A DNA stretch of 64,000 bases, taken from IMG/VR virus record IMGVR_UViG_3300046777_002950; one strand, written 5' to 3'. The notes beneath the pieces are model-generated. The model was not told where the DNA came from. It made no database searches and saw nothing but the letters and a program-made list of their open reading frames with translations. The position numbers and the translations under genes are program-made. Within the stretch, counting starts at the first letter, position 1, and each line of letters opens with the position of its first letter. This DNA comes from an uncultured virus (IMG/VR IMGVR_UViG_3300046777_002950). Lineage: Duplodnaviria > Heunggongvirae > Uroviricota > Caudoviricetes. Shown piece after piece: positions 1-10,647 of the stretch.

Positions 1-799
1 CGAAAGTATTGATAAATCCGATCCGTTAGAAATAACGCAGGAGTCGTTAGAAATAACGCAGGAGTCGTTAGAAATAACGCAGGAGTCGTTAGAAATAACG
101 CAGGAGTCGTTAGAAATAACGCAGGAGTCAGTGAATTTAAAGGATGATCTATATTCTTTAAACATTCAAATTAAACAATCAGATTTAACAGTCACCAGCT
201 TAAACGGAAATAAGAATGCTTCTTCAAGAGAAGAATTAACACAACAGATATCTGCTAACTCTGATTTAAAGGAAGGAATTTCGGGTAAACAGATAAATCT
301 CTCATTGGACAAAGTTGCGCCTGCCGCCCCGGCGCGTCTTGACAAGGCAAATGCGGTTGAACCATTTGGAAGACCGCGTAAGACCGCAAAAGAGATAGCC
401 TGGGAATGGCTACCGGATGGTCCTTGGAAGAAAGATGGAAAGTTAGATGATGAATTCTGGCAATGGTTCGCTTTGGAGTGGGCGGGCAAGTTTGGAACTG
501 ACATTCATGAGTCACGGGCTAATGTCTATAGCCACCTCAAAAAAGACCACAACAACTTAGAAATTAGATGGAAGGAATATTCCATCAAAACCAAAAAAGA
601 AGTGGCTTTAGTCCCCCTTCCTGACGCTGTATTGATTTGGCAACCCATACAGCATCAAACTGTATGGGAGCAATACATTAATTGTAAAAGTTTAGAAGAC
701 TTTTACAGCAAGCGTAGTTGGAATCAAGCGTATTTGGAGTACGCATTGATTAATCAACCGCGTTTTGATTGGTCTAAGCATTTACCAGTATCCGCATAA
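1..799 (+). CDS. Phage replication initiator-like protein (5' end outside the window)
   Basis: The frame of ORF 131..799 is open back to position 2 (ESIDKSDP-LEITQES x5). It carries internal 21-bp tandem repeats and lies directly upstream of DnaB, the lambda-O-like layout. Confidence 0.6.
   Translation, partial: ESIDKSDPLEITQESLEITQESLEITQESLEITQESLEITQESVNLKDDLYSLNIQIKQSDLTVTSLNGNKNASSREELTQQISANSDLKEGISGKQINLSLDKVAPAAPARLDKANAVEPFGRPRKTAKEIAWEWLPDGPWKKDGKLDDEFWQWFALEWAGKFGTDIHESRANVYSHLKKDHNNLEIRWKEYSIKTKKEVALVPLPDAVLIWQPIQHQTVWEQYINCKSLEDFYSKRSWNQAYLEYALINQPRFDWSKHLPVSA
24..128 (+). repeat. 5 x 21-bp perfect tandem repeat (CGTTAGAAATAACGCAGGAGT), putative replication iterons
   Basis: Read directly: units start at 24, 45, 66, 87 and 108. 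Confidence 0.9.
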
Positions 800-818
800 C
801 AAATAAAGGTCAACTACC

Positions 819-2165
819 ATGTTTACTCAAGAAATTTTATTACCCCCTCAAAACGTTGAAGCCGAAGAAGTTATCTTAGGCGGCATTTTACTAGATCCAG
901 AGGCTATTGGACGAGTATGGGATTTTTTACCTCCTGAAGCATTTTATATAGATTCACACGCAATCATTTACAAAGCCGCTTTACAGCTTCATGCGCAACA
1001 CCAGCCCACTGATTTACTCTCTATGGCTAATTACTTAAGAGATAAGGATCAATTAGAAAGAATTGGTGGCAGAAATAAATTAGCCACCTTGGTAGACCAT
1101 ACTGTTTCAGCGATTAATGTTGATGCCATGGCGGCATTAGTTGTAGAAAAATATCAGCGCAGACAACTAATCAAGATTCTTAATGAATCGCTAAAAATAG
1201 CGTGGGATACTTGGGTGCCAACACATGAAGCTATTGAAGAGTGTCAAAAGAAGATACTTGACATAAGCACTAATCAAACTAATTCTGAATTAGTTCACAT
1301 TAGTGATGCTGTGACATCTTTATACACAGAGAAATATGAAATTCAAGCGGGAGAACGACCTGCCCCTGTCAAGATGGGGTTTTATGACTTAGACAACCGC
1401 TTAGGTGGGCTGCATAAAAAACTGCTGCATATCTTAGCAGGTAGGCCAAGTATGGGAAAAACTGCCTGTGGTATGGCGATCGCTTGGCACGTTGCCAGTG
1501 TACTGTTAAAGAATGTTTACGTATTTTCTCTAGAAACATCTAAAGAAGATTTGGCGGCTAGATTAGCAGCCAAACTAACTCGAACTTGCTTGAATCAATT
1601 TGTAAAAAATCAACTTTCTCAAAGTGAGTGGGACGAATTTTTCAATCTCACTCAATCACAAATATTACATGACTCAAGACTCTTTATATGTGATAATTTT
1701 AGTATTTCCCCAATGGAAATGCGGAACACGATTAGACAAAAGAAAGCTAGAACTGGCGATGTAGGCTTGATTGTGGTTGATCACATCACTCTGCTTGCTA
1801 GAAATGACAAGTCCAGTAGCAAGGATTTTCGGATCAAAGTTGGTGACACAAGCCGAATGCTTAAAGAATTAGCAGGAGAATTTAATTGTCCAATATTGGC
1901 TTTATCTCAGTTAAACAGAGCCACGGAAAGCCGAACAGACAAAAGACCTACCATGGGCGATCTGTCTGAAAGCGGGAATATTGAACAGGACGCAGATGTA
2001 ATCATGATGCTTTATCGTGATGAATATTACAACAAAGAAACTACAGATGTAGGTGTAGCTGAATTGATTACAACAAAAGCACGTAACGCTGAAACAGGAA
2101 CAGACAAGTTACTGTTTGATGGACAATATTCAGAGTTCAAAAACTTAGCTAAACAAAGTTATTGA
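819..2165 (+). CDS. dnaB: Replicative DNA helicase
   Basis: PPQNVEAEEVILGGIL N-terminus, Walker A AGRPSMGKT, FSLE, IVVDHI, LSQLNR, DLSESGNIEQDAD. Confidence 0.97.
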   Translation: MFTQEILLPPQNVEAEEVILGGILLDPEAIGRVWDFLPPEAFYIDSHAIIYKAALQLHAQHQPTDLLSMANYLRDKDQLERIGGRNKLATLVDHTVSAINVDAMAALVVEKYQRRQLIKILNESLKIAWDTWVPTHEAIEECQKKILDISTNQTNSELVHISDAVTSLYTEKYEIQAGERPAPVKMGFYDLDNRLGGLHKKLLHILAGRPSMGKTACGMAIAWHVASVLLKNVYVFSLETSKEDLAARLAAKLTRTCLNQFVKNQLSQSEWDEFFNLTQSQILHDSRLFICDNFSISPMEMRNTIRQKKARTGDVGLIVVDHITLLARNDKSSSKDFRIKVGDTSRMLKELAGEFNCPILALSQLNRATESRTDKRPTMGDLSESGNIEQDADVIMMLYRDEYYNKETTDVGVAELITTKARNAETGTDKLLFDGQYSEFKNLAKQSY

Positions 2166-2191
2166 TATATCAATAAATGCAAATAATTACT

Positions 2192-2224
2192 AATTACCCA
2201 CTTTGATACAAGTGGGTAATTTTA
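2192..2224. terminator. Intrinsic terminator-like hairpin after dnaB
   Basis: AATTACCCACTT-TGATAC-AAGTGGGTAATT followed by Ts. Confidence 0.7.
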
Positions 2225-2327
2225 TTTGTATATCTATAAACATATTTTTATTCCTATAGGCGTTTGATATTTGATTTTATCATGCTAGATTGATTTTATC
2301 AGCATACAATTACAAAGTGAGAATTTT

Positions 2328-2549
2328 ATGAGCGGAAAACCAAAATACGGTGAAGCTAAGACTCCTAAGCAAATCATGATTACCAACGACGCTAAACAAA
2401 TTTATAGTGCTTATGCACGTTATATAGGCACTAACAACAATGACTTGATTGAACAAATGGCACGAAACCCTGATGTATTAAGGGGTCTAGCTGATTTTGT
2501 GGAAAATGAAAAATATTTTCCAAAACCACTTGACAATCCTATTCTATAA
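2328..2549 (+). CDS. Small protein, possible ribbon-helix-helix regulator
   Basis: 73 aa; beta-helix-helix-like pattern KQIMITNDAKQIYSAYARYIGTNNNDLIEQMAR. Confidence 0.5.
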   Translation: MSGKPKYGEAKTPKQIMITNDAKQIYSAYARYIGTNNNDLIEQMARNPDVLRGLADFVENEKYFPKPLDNPIL

Positions 2550-2639
2550 TGATATATTGAATATATAAACAAAAACGACCGCCCCTCCGACCAAGAAGTA
2601 AGCAGTCGCTTTGTTAGTCCCATACAGGAATATTCAATC

Positions 2640-3455
2640 ATGACACATCCACTTTTCTCTGTCAAGTTTTTAATTAAGAAAGGCATTAGCTACTGCAAAA
2701 TGGTAGCTAAAGAGTTAGGTGTTACCCCAGTTGGTGACAAACGCCAGGTAATTACCTGGGCTGACGCTATCGTCAGTCACCAGGCTAATTTACAGCCTGT
2801 AGAAATTCAAAAACAGCAGGTTGTTATTGAGTATAATGATGGTTTGGCAGACTGTGACCTGGCAGGATACAATGTCGTTGATTTGGATGGAAACATCCTC
2901 CGCAACGGCTTCCGCACTTACGCAGCCGCAGAACGCTGGGCTGTTGACAGATTTGAACTTCTTGATCAACAATCAATTGCTCAACAATCTCTTGTTGATC
3001 TCTTGGAAAGTCAAATTCAAGAAGTCACAGAAAAACTTTCAATTGTTGAAATAGACTTTGGTTACGCCGAAGTCTGTCAAGGTAAAACTGTTGTAGCTAC
3101 CATTAGCCACAATTTTGACAACGGAAACTGGGAAGTCCAGTTCTCTGAAACATTTAAAAGCTTTTTGACTTATGCAGAGGCGGAAGCCTTTGCAATTAAT
3201 TACATAGATGAAAGGGGTAGTGGTAGGATTCTACCTATATCCCAGGATATCGAAGAGATATCTTATGGTATTGAAAACAATTGCATTACTGACCCACTAG
3301 GCGAACGGTATACTGTCCGATTTAAAGGACATCTGGCCGGGAATATCTGGCTAGATGTTGATAAAGGGTGGACATTGGGTAGTGACTATTATAACGATCC
3401 AATGCAAGCCGCCAAAGCACTAGTAAATTTAACCAAAAAGGAGTTGGTAGCATGA
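2640..3455 (+). CDS. Hypothetical phage protein
   Basis: 271-aa ORF downstream of TTGACA-N17-TATATT (~2530-2558); internal repeated F(R/L)TYA(A/E)AE motif. Confidence 0.7.
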   Translation: MTHPLFSVKFLIKKGISYCKMVAKELGVTPVGDKRQVITWADAIVSHQANLQPVEIQKQQVVIEYNDGLADCDLAGYNVVDLDGNILRNGFRTYAAAERWAVDRFELLDQQSIAQQSLVDLLESQIQEVTEKLSIVEIDFGYAEVCQGKTVVATISHNFDNGNWEVQFSETFKSFLTYAEAEAFAINYIDERGSGRILPISQDIEEISYGIENNCITDPLGERYTVRFKGHLAGNIWLDVDKGWTLGSDYYNDPMQAAKALVNLTKKELVA

Positions 3456-3619
3456 CAACAACTAAAACGAGGGCTTATCAAGAAGCCTTACAAAATGCAG
3501 GAGTAAATGAAAACTTAGCGCGTAATGCAGCCGTCGTGCTACGCGCTGATGAACTTGGAGAACCCCGTACAGAGCGGGGTCAGAGGGTTATAGACAAATT
3601 ACACAACAGTGCTGAATGA
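3452..3619 (+). CDS. Small hypothetical protein (55 aa, not in ORF track)
   Basis: ATGA overlap with the upstream stop and an AAGGAG RBS; MTTTKTRAYQEALQNAG... Confidence 0.6.
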   Translation: MTTTKTRAYQEALQNAGVNENLARNAAVVLRADELGEPRTERGQRVIDKLHNSAE

Positions 3620-3825
3620 GATTATTCAACTTATGTGAAGAAACTTTGTATATCCACTTTAAAACAGTGGATATATTGAGAATATCAGTAAGCTACCCAG
3701 TAGTAAAAACTTCTACATTGCCATTCTTATTTGAGCAATACAGAAGAACTGGGAACACTGATTATCTCCCTTTTTGAATCATTTAGGCTGGGTGCGATGC
3801 CTTTGTATCCGCACATTTGAAACAA

Positions 3826-4688
3826 TGAATAAAACAATGACTCAAACAATGAACACAGTAGATTTTGAATCGCAAGAATTTGCTCCCATATCTCCATCTG
3901 TGCAACCTTACGCACAGATCATAAACCCAAAGATCACAAAAAAAGGCATAATGCCTTACGGGTTTGCCATAGCAAAAGCTAACGCAGAGTTAGCAAGTTT
4001 TTCCCCCCCTGATGAGTGGGATTTAATAGAACACGAGTTCGCTTCTAAAGTAGTACAACAAATGTACATTACCCTTGCTCCTAAGTTGTTGATAATACAT
4101 AGACTTCCCCTCTATGTATTTTCCAAGAAAGAACTTAAAATAATTGGACAATTAAAAGATTGCCCACAGTTTTGGGACAATCGGGATGAATATAAAACCA
4201 AGAGTTACTTTTGGACAATCATACTTGACAAGGCAAATAAGCCTTGTCACACAACACCGCTGTTGATATCTGCAGGTGGTGCTAGTGGTGCCAGTTTTGG
4301 CCTAGGCTGGCTGCAAAATGCTAGTCCACAAAAGAAAACTTTGCGCGGAGGCTTTTGTTCTGACATGGAAAAAGCTTACGCAGATGCGCGTAAGCAACCC
4401 GTCAAGGTAATGGGAGACTTGTTTCATGCCCACTGCATATATCAGCCTATTTTTGAGGCTGATGAGAGAGGTACGCCACCTAATACTGCGCTGGTATCCG
4501 TAGTAAACCAGTACCTACCTGCAAGTATTGACAATTTAATACCCAATGGTAGTGAGTTGTCGGACTTCATCAAGATAAGCAAAGAATCAGTTAAAGACTG
4601 GGCTCCTCGGATAAAAGATGTACAACCAAAACCAGTTGAATCATCAATAAGTGATGATTACGGATTACCTGATGATTACGGATTTTAA
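3826..4688 (+). CDS. Cyanobacterial/phage protein with an SSB-like acidic-aromatic tail (possible ssDNA-binding or annealing protein)
   Basis: C-terminus SDDYGLPDDYGF; lies in the replication module. The start codon is uncertain. Confidence 0.55.
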
Positions 4689-4735
4689 TTTACCAATCAT
4701 GCGATCGCTCCCAATGCGATCGCATGATTGGTAAA
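4689..4735. repeat. Perfect 20-bp inverted repeat built on two HIP1 sites
   Basis: TTTACCAATCATGCGATCGC-TCCCAAT-GCGATCGCATGATTGGTAAA. Confidence 0.9.
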
Positions 4736-4777
4736 GAGGAAAGAAACAAACGCACTTGCACTACTAGGAGAAAGTAA

Positions 4778-5074
4778 ATGATTAAAATTGAAAGATATCT
4801 TTCGTCTGATTACGAAACAGTGGGATATTACACTAGATCTCATGTGGACAAAAACTTATTTTTGGACGCTGTATCAGTATCAAAAGAAGATGAGTTCATT
4901 AATGAACCACAAAATGTCAGACATGAATGCTGGAAAATCATGAATGACGAGGAAATGCAAGATGAAGGAGTAGACGGTGATGGTTTAGAATATTATTCTT
5001 TATCAGAGGAATCAGATCCTCGCTCATTCCCAGTCACTGTCTTTTACTTGGATGACAGCTATAAAGTTATATAG
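4778..5074 (+). CDS. Acidic hypothetical protein
   Basis: 98 aa with an AGGAG RBS. Confidence 0.7.
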   Translation: MIKIERYLSSDYETVGYYTRSHVDKNLFLDAVSVSKEDEFINEPQNVRHECWKIMNDEEMQDEGVDGDGLEYYSLSEESDPRSFPVTVFYLDDSYKVI

Positions 5075-5124
5075 AGATCATTAAGATTGATGTTAGTAAC
5101 TGGGAGTAAATTATTCAAATAGAC

Positions 5125-5150
5125 AAAACCCGCTCTGTAGCGGGTTTTTT
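5125..5150. terminator. Bidirectional intrinsic terminator
   Basis: AAAACCCGCT-CTGT-AGCGGGTTTTTT between convergent genes. Confidence 0.85.
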
Positions 5151-5182
5151 AATGACTTAATTAATTGCCGTCAAATTCAAAT

Positions 5183-5962
5183 TTAAAAGTATGTAATTTG
5201 GCAATTGGTCAAGGCTTGACCGTTAATGTGAGAATTAAAGTAAAGTCTCAATCCTGAGATATTCAAAGCAAGAACTGATGAAGTAAATGTTGTCAGATAC
5301 GAGTTGTCAGTTTGTCTGTTTTGTATATACACTTGCCGATTTTGGATTAAAATCCTCCAGGTATTGGTCCAAAAGGATTTAGAAGGTGTATTCACCCAGG
5401 TAACACCCGAGATGTTGTCGCCTCTCCAGTGAACTGAAATATCCATGACGTAGCATATATAGCCACCTACGTCTGAAATCAACCCAAAGCAATAATCTAC
5501 ATTCCAAGTTCCACTACTAGGCTGCATTGGGGTAAGCGATGGTGCAGAGAAGTCAATCTGCACATTGTCGTTTACAGCAAAAGCTTGTTGGGATTTGGAT
5601 GATGCTAAAAAATTAGCTAAATCAAGAGATGCAAAAGGGAAATTGGGAGATGCGCCTATGTTGGGATTGTAGTACACCAGAGTGTTACCTATTGCAGTGC
5701 TACTAGTAAGTGTGTCTTTAATTCCGTTACTTGCGTTTGCGGAGGTTGTGGCAACAGAAAGATTGTTAGCATCCACGCGGATTGCATATTTTAGAGTTCC
5801 CGCCTTAGCATTGCCGTCTTCTGAAACCGTAAAAAGTCTATCGCCCGTCTGAAACGGATGTCCTATGATGTTGGCGGTGTTTGAGACAACGGTAAGGGTT
5901 GGCCTAATAACATACTTCGACAAATAAGGCGCGCTTAAAATACTTGTAATAGAACTTGGCAT
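5183..5962 (-). CDS. Tail-associated or receptor-binding protein
   Basis: Last gene of the tail cluster; S/T-rich and beta-rich. ATG at 5962 overlaps the upstream stop (TAATG). Confidence 0.6.
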   Translation of the reverse strand: MPSSITSILSAPYLSKYVIRPTLTVVSNTANIIGHPFQTGDRLFTVSEDGNAKAGTLKYAIRVDANNLSVATTSANASNGIKDTLTSSTAIGNTLVYYNPNIGASPNFPFASLDLANFLASSKSQQAFAVNDNVQIDFSAPSLTPMQPSSGTWNVDYCFGLISDVGGYICYVMDISVHWRGDNISGVTWVNTPSKSFWTNTWRILIQNRQVYIQNRQTDNSYLTTFTSSVLALNISGLRLYFNSHINGQALTNCQITYF

Positions 5963-7557
5963 TATACTTCTTGAACTCCTAAAGATACGGATATGGTGGC
6001 GTTTATTGAAAGCCCAGATGACAGTGTATCTGTGTAAGTTGCTGTGGTGTTTACTGAACTGGAACTCCAAACAACTTCATTGGTGAAATTAGGACTAATT
6101 ACTCTTGAAATACAAATCCAAATTTCATCAGCATTTTTGACAAATTGCTGTCCATAGTCTCCAGAAGGTACAGGATCGTTTGTATATTGTGTAGTCAAAA
6201 AAGATTTATTTAAGGCAAATAAATCTTTTAAATCAATGTTTATGGCTTTATTTGCTGCTAATAAATAAGAGCCTAAAATTATTCCTGATTGAATAGAAAA
6301 ATTTTGGCTAGAGGACTCAATTACGGAACTTACAGAACTAAAAGACAAAACAGGGTTTGTGGGCTTTGTAGGATTTTTTATTAAAGTAATTCTCCATATT
6401 CCTGTTGACGCGATCGCACTCAAGGATACTGGCAATATAGTATTAGAGTTTTGTTTAGAATTAACAAATTCTTTGGCTTTAATACCTAATATTGGTAGTG
6501 GTGATTTAATCAAAGATACAGATTGGTTCGCTGAAATAAAGTTAATATCTGTCGTTCCAATTGGTGAGCCAATAGATGTCACGGAAACACCGTACTTAGC
6601 TAATGTTTGAGTAGTTGTAGAAATTCCGTAATTAATATTTTCAAAGCAAATAGGCCAAGCTTCTTCATCAGTAATTCTATTTTGAGATGAATCAGAATCG
6701 CTGTATAAACTGTGAACCAGTACCCAGCGAGCAGAATTACCGACATTAACATAAGCCCAAAACCTTGCGCCGATACCAGCAGTTCCTATCTCAATTCCAA
6801 ACATTGCCACATTTGTGAAAGTTTGAGTATGGACGCTATTGCTTATACTGTCTAACTTATCGCCATTAAAAGCACTACGTGGTATTTCTATGTCCGTGGT
6901 TGTACCCCCCAATGTTTGACGATATCCCACTAAAAAATTATCAACCAATCCACTACCTTTCATTCTGAAGAAATAACCACTACTTACAGAATAAAGACCC
7001 CAAGTTTTTACAGAAGTAATTGCATCTGACAAAGATAATTCTACCGCCATAGTAAGCACAATTGGGTTATTAGCGGCGGTAAAATACCTATTACTAAAAA
7101 GAATTGTTTGTTGGATGATTCCTGGGTCTGCGTTCGGGTAATTCCTTAATTCAATTGCGCTTTGCTCGGGAATAAAACTTACTTGAGTATTTGATGAATA
7201 ACTAGCACGAGTGTTTACCCGGTAAGACCAGGTGACACTCACAGAACCAACCGTTTGGGCTGCTATGTCGCCCGTTTGATAAGTCCATTGATTTGGTTCA
7301 AAATCATATCTACTTACATTTCTAAACAAAACATAAGATTTGATTTGCCTGGTTAACGAGAAAGTATCAGTGATGGTTTCCGATGTAGGTTTCAAGATTG
7401 GTGAAATTTGTTCCGCATCCGATTGAGGCGGAAATACACCAATGTAGCTAATGAGACTATCAGAAGCTAATACAAAAGGATAGGATTCTGAAATTGGTTT
7501 TTTTCCGGCTTTGGATTGGGTATCTGCAATGTCTTCAGGTAGATGTATTTGTGTCAT
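5962..7557 (-). CDS. Virion structural or tail protein, paralog of 7554..9119
   Basis: Shares LFxNVxRYD, FWAYV...RWV.HS, LIKNP and LxDxFAxNxxFL with its neighbour; ATGA coupling. Confidence 0.7.
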   Translation of the reverse strand: MTQIHLPEDIADTQSKAGKKPISESYPFVLASDSLISYIGVFPPQSDAEQISPILKPTSETITDTFSLTRQIKSYVLFRNVSRYDFEPNQWTYQTGDIAAQTVGSVSVTWSYRVNTRASYSSNTQVSFIPEQSAIELRNYPNADPGIIQQTILFSNRYFTAANNPIVLTMAVELSLSDAITSVKTWGLYSVSSGYFFRMKGSGLVDNFLVGYRQTLGGTTTDIEIPRSAFNGDKLDSISNSVHTQTFTNVAMFGIEIGTAGIGARFWAYVNVGNSARWVLVHSLYSDSDSSQNRITDEEAWPICFENINYGISTTTQTLAKYGVSVTSIGSPIGTTDINFISANQSVSLIKSPLPILGIKAKEFVNSKQNSNTILPVSLSAIASTGIWRITLIKNPTKPTNPVLSFSSVSSVIESSSQNFSIQSGIILGSYLLAANKAINIDLKDLFALNKSFLTTQYTNDPVPSGDYGQQFVKNADEIWICISRVISPNFTNEVVWSSSSVNTTATYTDTLSSGLSINATISVSLGVQEV

Positions 7558-9119
7558 TGTTGCCCCCACATCAAAGAAGCTGTCACACTCGCTGATGATC
7601 CTGATAGTAAAGTTGCTACTACATAAAGAGTATCCCCCGCTCCTGTGGCTTGAGCTTCCCTGGCTAAAAATTCCCGATTATAAGCAAAGATATCTGTGAG
7701 ATTGATTGTCTGTCCATCGCTTGTGCCACAGTAAAATGTTCCACACACCTTTCCGCCAGTGATTGTACCTAAACTTGTAGCCACAGAAATAGCACTCAAA
7801 TCACCAGCCACAGCGGACGGGAAAGTACCTGTAAAAGCAGGATTTTTGATTAAGCTAAATGCTACCTGCGCAGTAGAACTTATGCTTAATTGTAAAGGAT
7901 ATGCTCTTAATTGATTGGGTGTACTGACGGAGGTAGCGGTAATGGTATTTGTGGAAGAAAGAATAGATGCTTTGATTTGTATTGCTAAAACAGGTGTAGG
8001 TGTAGTAGTACTAGTTACAGCAATGACTGATGAAGACGCACTGTATATTTCCATTGGTGTAGGATCGCCAGCATCAATACTAAAGCTAGTACCAAACGTA
8101 CTTAAAAAAGCGCTTATATTTGGTAGTCCTGTTGCGTCAGCGCGCCGATATATCCTAAAAGTCAGTGGTTTATCAGGGTTTTTTAGTGATGGAAATTGCA
8201 AGGTATCCCCAATAGTAAAACTGTGCATCCTCACCCATCTTGGTTGTCCAGGTTTAGGAGTTTTATTCAAAGGCACATAAGCCCAAAAATCCGCTCCAGA
8301 CGCACCATACCAGCTATAGCGAATCCTAAACATTGTTAGGTTCATTGCTGATAAAGAACTATTGTGAAGACTTAATTTATACCCAGATGATGTAGTATTA
8401 CCGTTTACATCAATTGCACCCTCATTTGAACCATCTAATCTATTCCCATTGGTGGCATTAGCATATCCAGAAGCGGTTGAGTTACTAATCTCTACTATTT
8501 GCTCATAAGCGTTAGCATCCATTAAGTCACTATGTCCGTTTAAGTAAAGGATGTTATCTCTTTGTACAAGCCCTGATGTTTCCCCTGATGATGTCCGTCT
8601 GAAAGCTAATAATTTATCTTTTCCATTTTCATACAAAATTCTAAAACCATAACCATCAAAGTTGTCGAAAGCACCATATTCTATGACAACATTCTCATTA
8701 ATAGTACCCCGTGAACATTGCACACCATAGGAACAATCCATAGATCGCCCTGGTTGGTATGGGAAGTTTATCTTAGTTTGTAAGCTTGCGTAAGTCCGAG
8801 CAAAAGAGCCGTTGGTAATTGATAATTTAGCAGAACTCTTAGTACTATCAAATTGAACTTTTCCTTGAGAATTTGAATCTACCCGAGTTGCCCAAATCTT
8901 AGTATCAATATCATATCTGCGTACATTGGCAAATAATAATTGAGGTGTACCAAACCGGGGATTACCCAGTAAATCCTGCTTGATTTCACTAGCGCCTTCA
9001 TAAGCATCAAAAACCGCTATAGGTGGGTGGTCAGCGGCTTGAACCACAGAAATTGAACTACCTGAAGGTTGTCGTCCTGGTTGTAATGGTACGCTTCTTC
9101 CTACTGTCACATCTGCCAT
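7554..9119 (-). CDS. Virion structural or tail protein (lectin-like beta-rich)
   Basis: YQPGRS, GAFDNFDGYGF and YSWYGA motifs; tail-cluster context. Confidence 0.7.
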   Translation of the reverse strand: MADVTVGRSVPLQPGRQPSGSSISVVQAADHPPIAVFDAYEGASEIKQDLLGNPRFGTPQLLFANVRRYDIDTKIWATRVDSNSQGKVQFDSTKSSAKLSITNGSFARTYASLQTKINFPYQPGRSMDCSYGVQCSRGTINENVVIEYGAFDNFDGYGFRILYENGKDKLLAFRRTSSGETSGLVQRDNILYLNGHSDLMDANAYEQIVEISNSTASGYANATNGNRLDGSNEGAIDVNGNTTSSGYKLSLHNSSLSAMNLTMFRIRYSWYGASGADFWAYVPLNKTPKPGQPRWVRMHSFTIGDTLQFPSLKNPDKPLTFRIYRRADATGLPNISAFLSTFGTSFSIDAGDPTPMEIYSASSSVIAVTSTTTPTPVLAIQIKASILSSTNTITATSVSTPNQLRAYPLQLSISSTAQVAFSLIKNPAFTGTFPSAVAGDLSAISVATSLGTITGGKVCGTFYCGTSDGQTINLTDIFAYNREFLAREAQATGAGDTLYVVATLLSGSSASVTASLMWGQQ

Positions 9120-9121
9120 GA

Positions 9122-10189
9122 TTAAACTCCGTCGCTCCAATGATCTGTTAGTTTACAATTGCCTTGAATCAATCGAATTGTGTAGCCATTTGATTGTCTA
9201 CAAATTACATCATATCCGTAATCTCCTGATTCTAGAAATTGGGTATCAGTGGGATCTATCGCTAAATAGAAACTGTTGAAAGCATGAGTTCCAAACCATG
9301 CGATCGCACTTGCAGGAATAGCAGTAGTCAAAGGCTGAACCGCAATATTAGTTGCCCCTGCCAAGACCGCAGCCGTCAGTTTAGCGCTACCTACATATTG
9401 CCACCCGTCAGCAGTGCGAGTAGCAAAATTTAATACTGTACTTGAAGGCATAGGCACAGATAGCGTGCTTACAGTTATAGAGGTAGCATTGGAATTAATA
9501 TTAGCCGCGACAATTACTGTACTTGCGCCAACTATGGCAAATGCAGATCCACCAATACTAAAGTTTATAGGCGATATAGAGGCAACGATTGAACCTACTG
9601 CTAATTCTGCTGTCAAGGTAACTGGATCAGCCACGCCACCATCATTAAACACTAAAGTCGTATCGCTGGGGATATTCCGTGTTACGTTAGCTACTGTCAT
9701 AGAAGTTGATGTAGTAATAGTAGTCACAGAGCCACTAACAGTAATATTGGGTAAGTATGGAATAGCGGTGAAACTGGCACTAGAGAGCGATCGCACCAAC
9801 AACCGCCCCTCGCCTATAGCCCTAGTACTAGTACTTGTGACAACAATTTGAGAATCAGTGACAGCAATTACCTTGCTTCCGGTAATTCCTGAACCTTCTA
9901 AAGTGATTAAGTCCCCAGGTCGGACATTAAGAGAGTTAAGAAATTCAGCTTTGTTGTCCGTAGGTGGATATCTTTTAATTAAAATAGTGCTACTGTTACT
10001 AGCTACAGTTCCGGTAAAATTATTTAAAAGATTGTAGCCAGGTGATAATCTTCTAATTTCTGCAAATATTAAACAACCGCGTAAGTCTAAATCATAATCT
10101 GTGACTGTTACAGAAAACTGTGCTGACTCACCTTTTTTAATCTCTAAATCTAACGTAGAAGTGTCAAATTGTGGAGTTAATGTCGTCAC
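9122..10189 (-). CDS. Tail fibre anchor or BppU-like protein with an internal beta-rich insertion
   Basis: The N-terminus (LEIKKGES...DLRG..AEIRR) and C-terminus (GDYGYDV...RLIQG) look like two halves of one anchor domain. Confidence 0.55.
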   Translation of the reverse strand: MTTLTPQFDTSTLDLEIKKGESAQFSVTVTDYDLDLRGCLIFAEIRRLSPGYNLLNNFTGTVASNSSTILIKRYPPTDNKAEFLNSLNVRPGDLITLEGSGITGSKVIAVTDSQIVVTSTSTRAIGEGRLLVRSLSSASFTAIPYLPNITVSGSVTTITTSTSMTVANVTRNIPSDTTLVFNDGGVADPVTLTAELAVGSIVASISPINFSIGGSAFAIVGASTVIVAANINSNATSITVSTLSVPMPSSTVLNFATRTADGWQYVGSAKLTAAVLAGATNIAVQPLTTAIPASAIAWFGTHAFNSFYLAIDPTDTQFLESGDYGYDVICRQSNGYTIRLIQGNCKLTDHWSDGV

Positions 10190-10644
10190 AAAAACCTCTT
10201 TAAAATATTAATAGAAGATGAGTTTAAAGTGTTTTTTTCATTTGCATCAGGGTCAAGTCTCTCTATTTGTTGTTTTAAATCACTATTTTCCAATTTTAAG
10301 CTTTCTATCTTTAATTGTAATTGATTATTATCTAATTGTAATTGATTATTTTTTGACTGTAGTTGTAAATTTTGTTTGTAAGCAATCATGCCTCTTACTT
10401 CATCTAACTCACAATCATAATCAGGTACAATCCAGTTTTCTGTGGGCAAAAAAGCTGCATCAGGTGATAAAGCATAATCAACCAAATAAACTCTGTCATT
10501 GGGTGTAGGAGCTAACTGAATATCAATTAATCCATCATTGATTTCATAAACAGAAACTCCCGATAAACTACCAATGAAAGGTACATTGGGTTTAACCCTG
10601 ATGTACCCAATTTTAATTTCCAAAGTTCCTGTAACTCGTACCAT
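10186..10644 (-). CDS. Tail-cluster protein with a C-terminal coiled coil
   Basis: 152 aa; NNQLQL heptad repeats. Confidence 0.65.
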   Translation of the reverse strand: MVRVTGTLEIKIGYIRVKPNVPFIGSLSGVSVYEINDGLIDIQLAPTPNDRVYLVDYALSPDAAFLPTENWIVPDYDCELDEVRGMIAYKQNLQLQSKNNQLQLDNNQLQLKIESLKLENSDLKQQIERLDPDANEKNTLNSSSINILKRFL

Positions 10645-10647
10645 GTA

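Noticed and set aside
24..128. Possible CRISPR array
   Set aside because: The units are contiguous with no spacers and are in frame within a gene.
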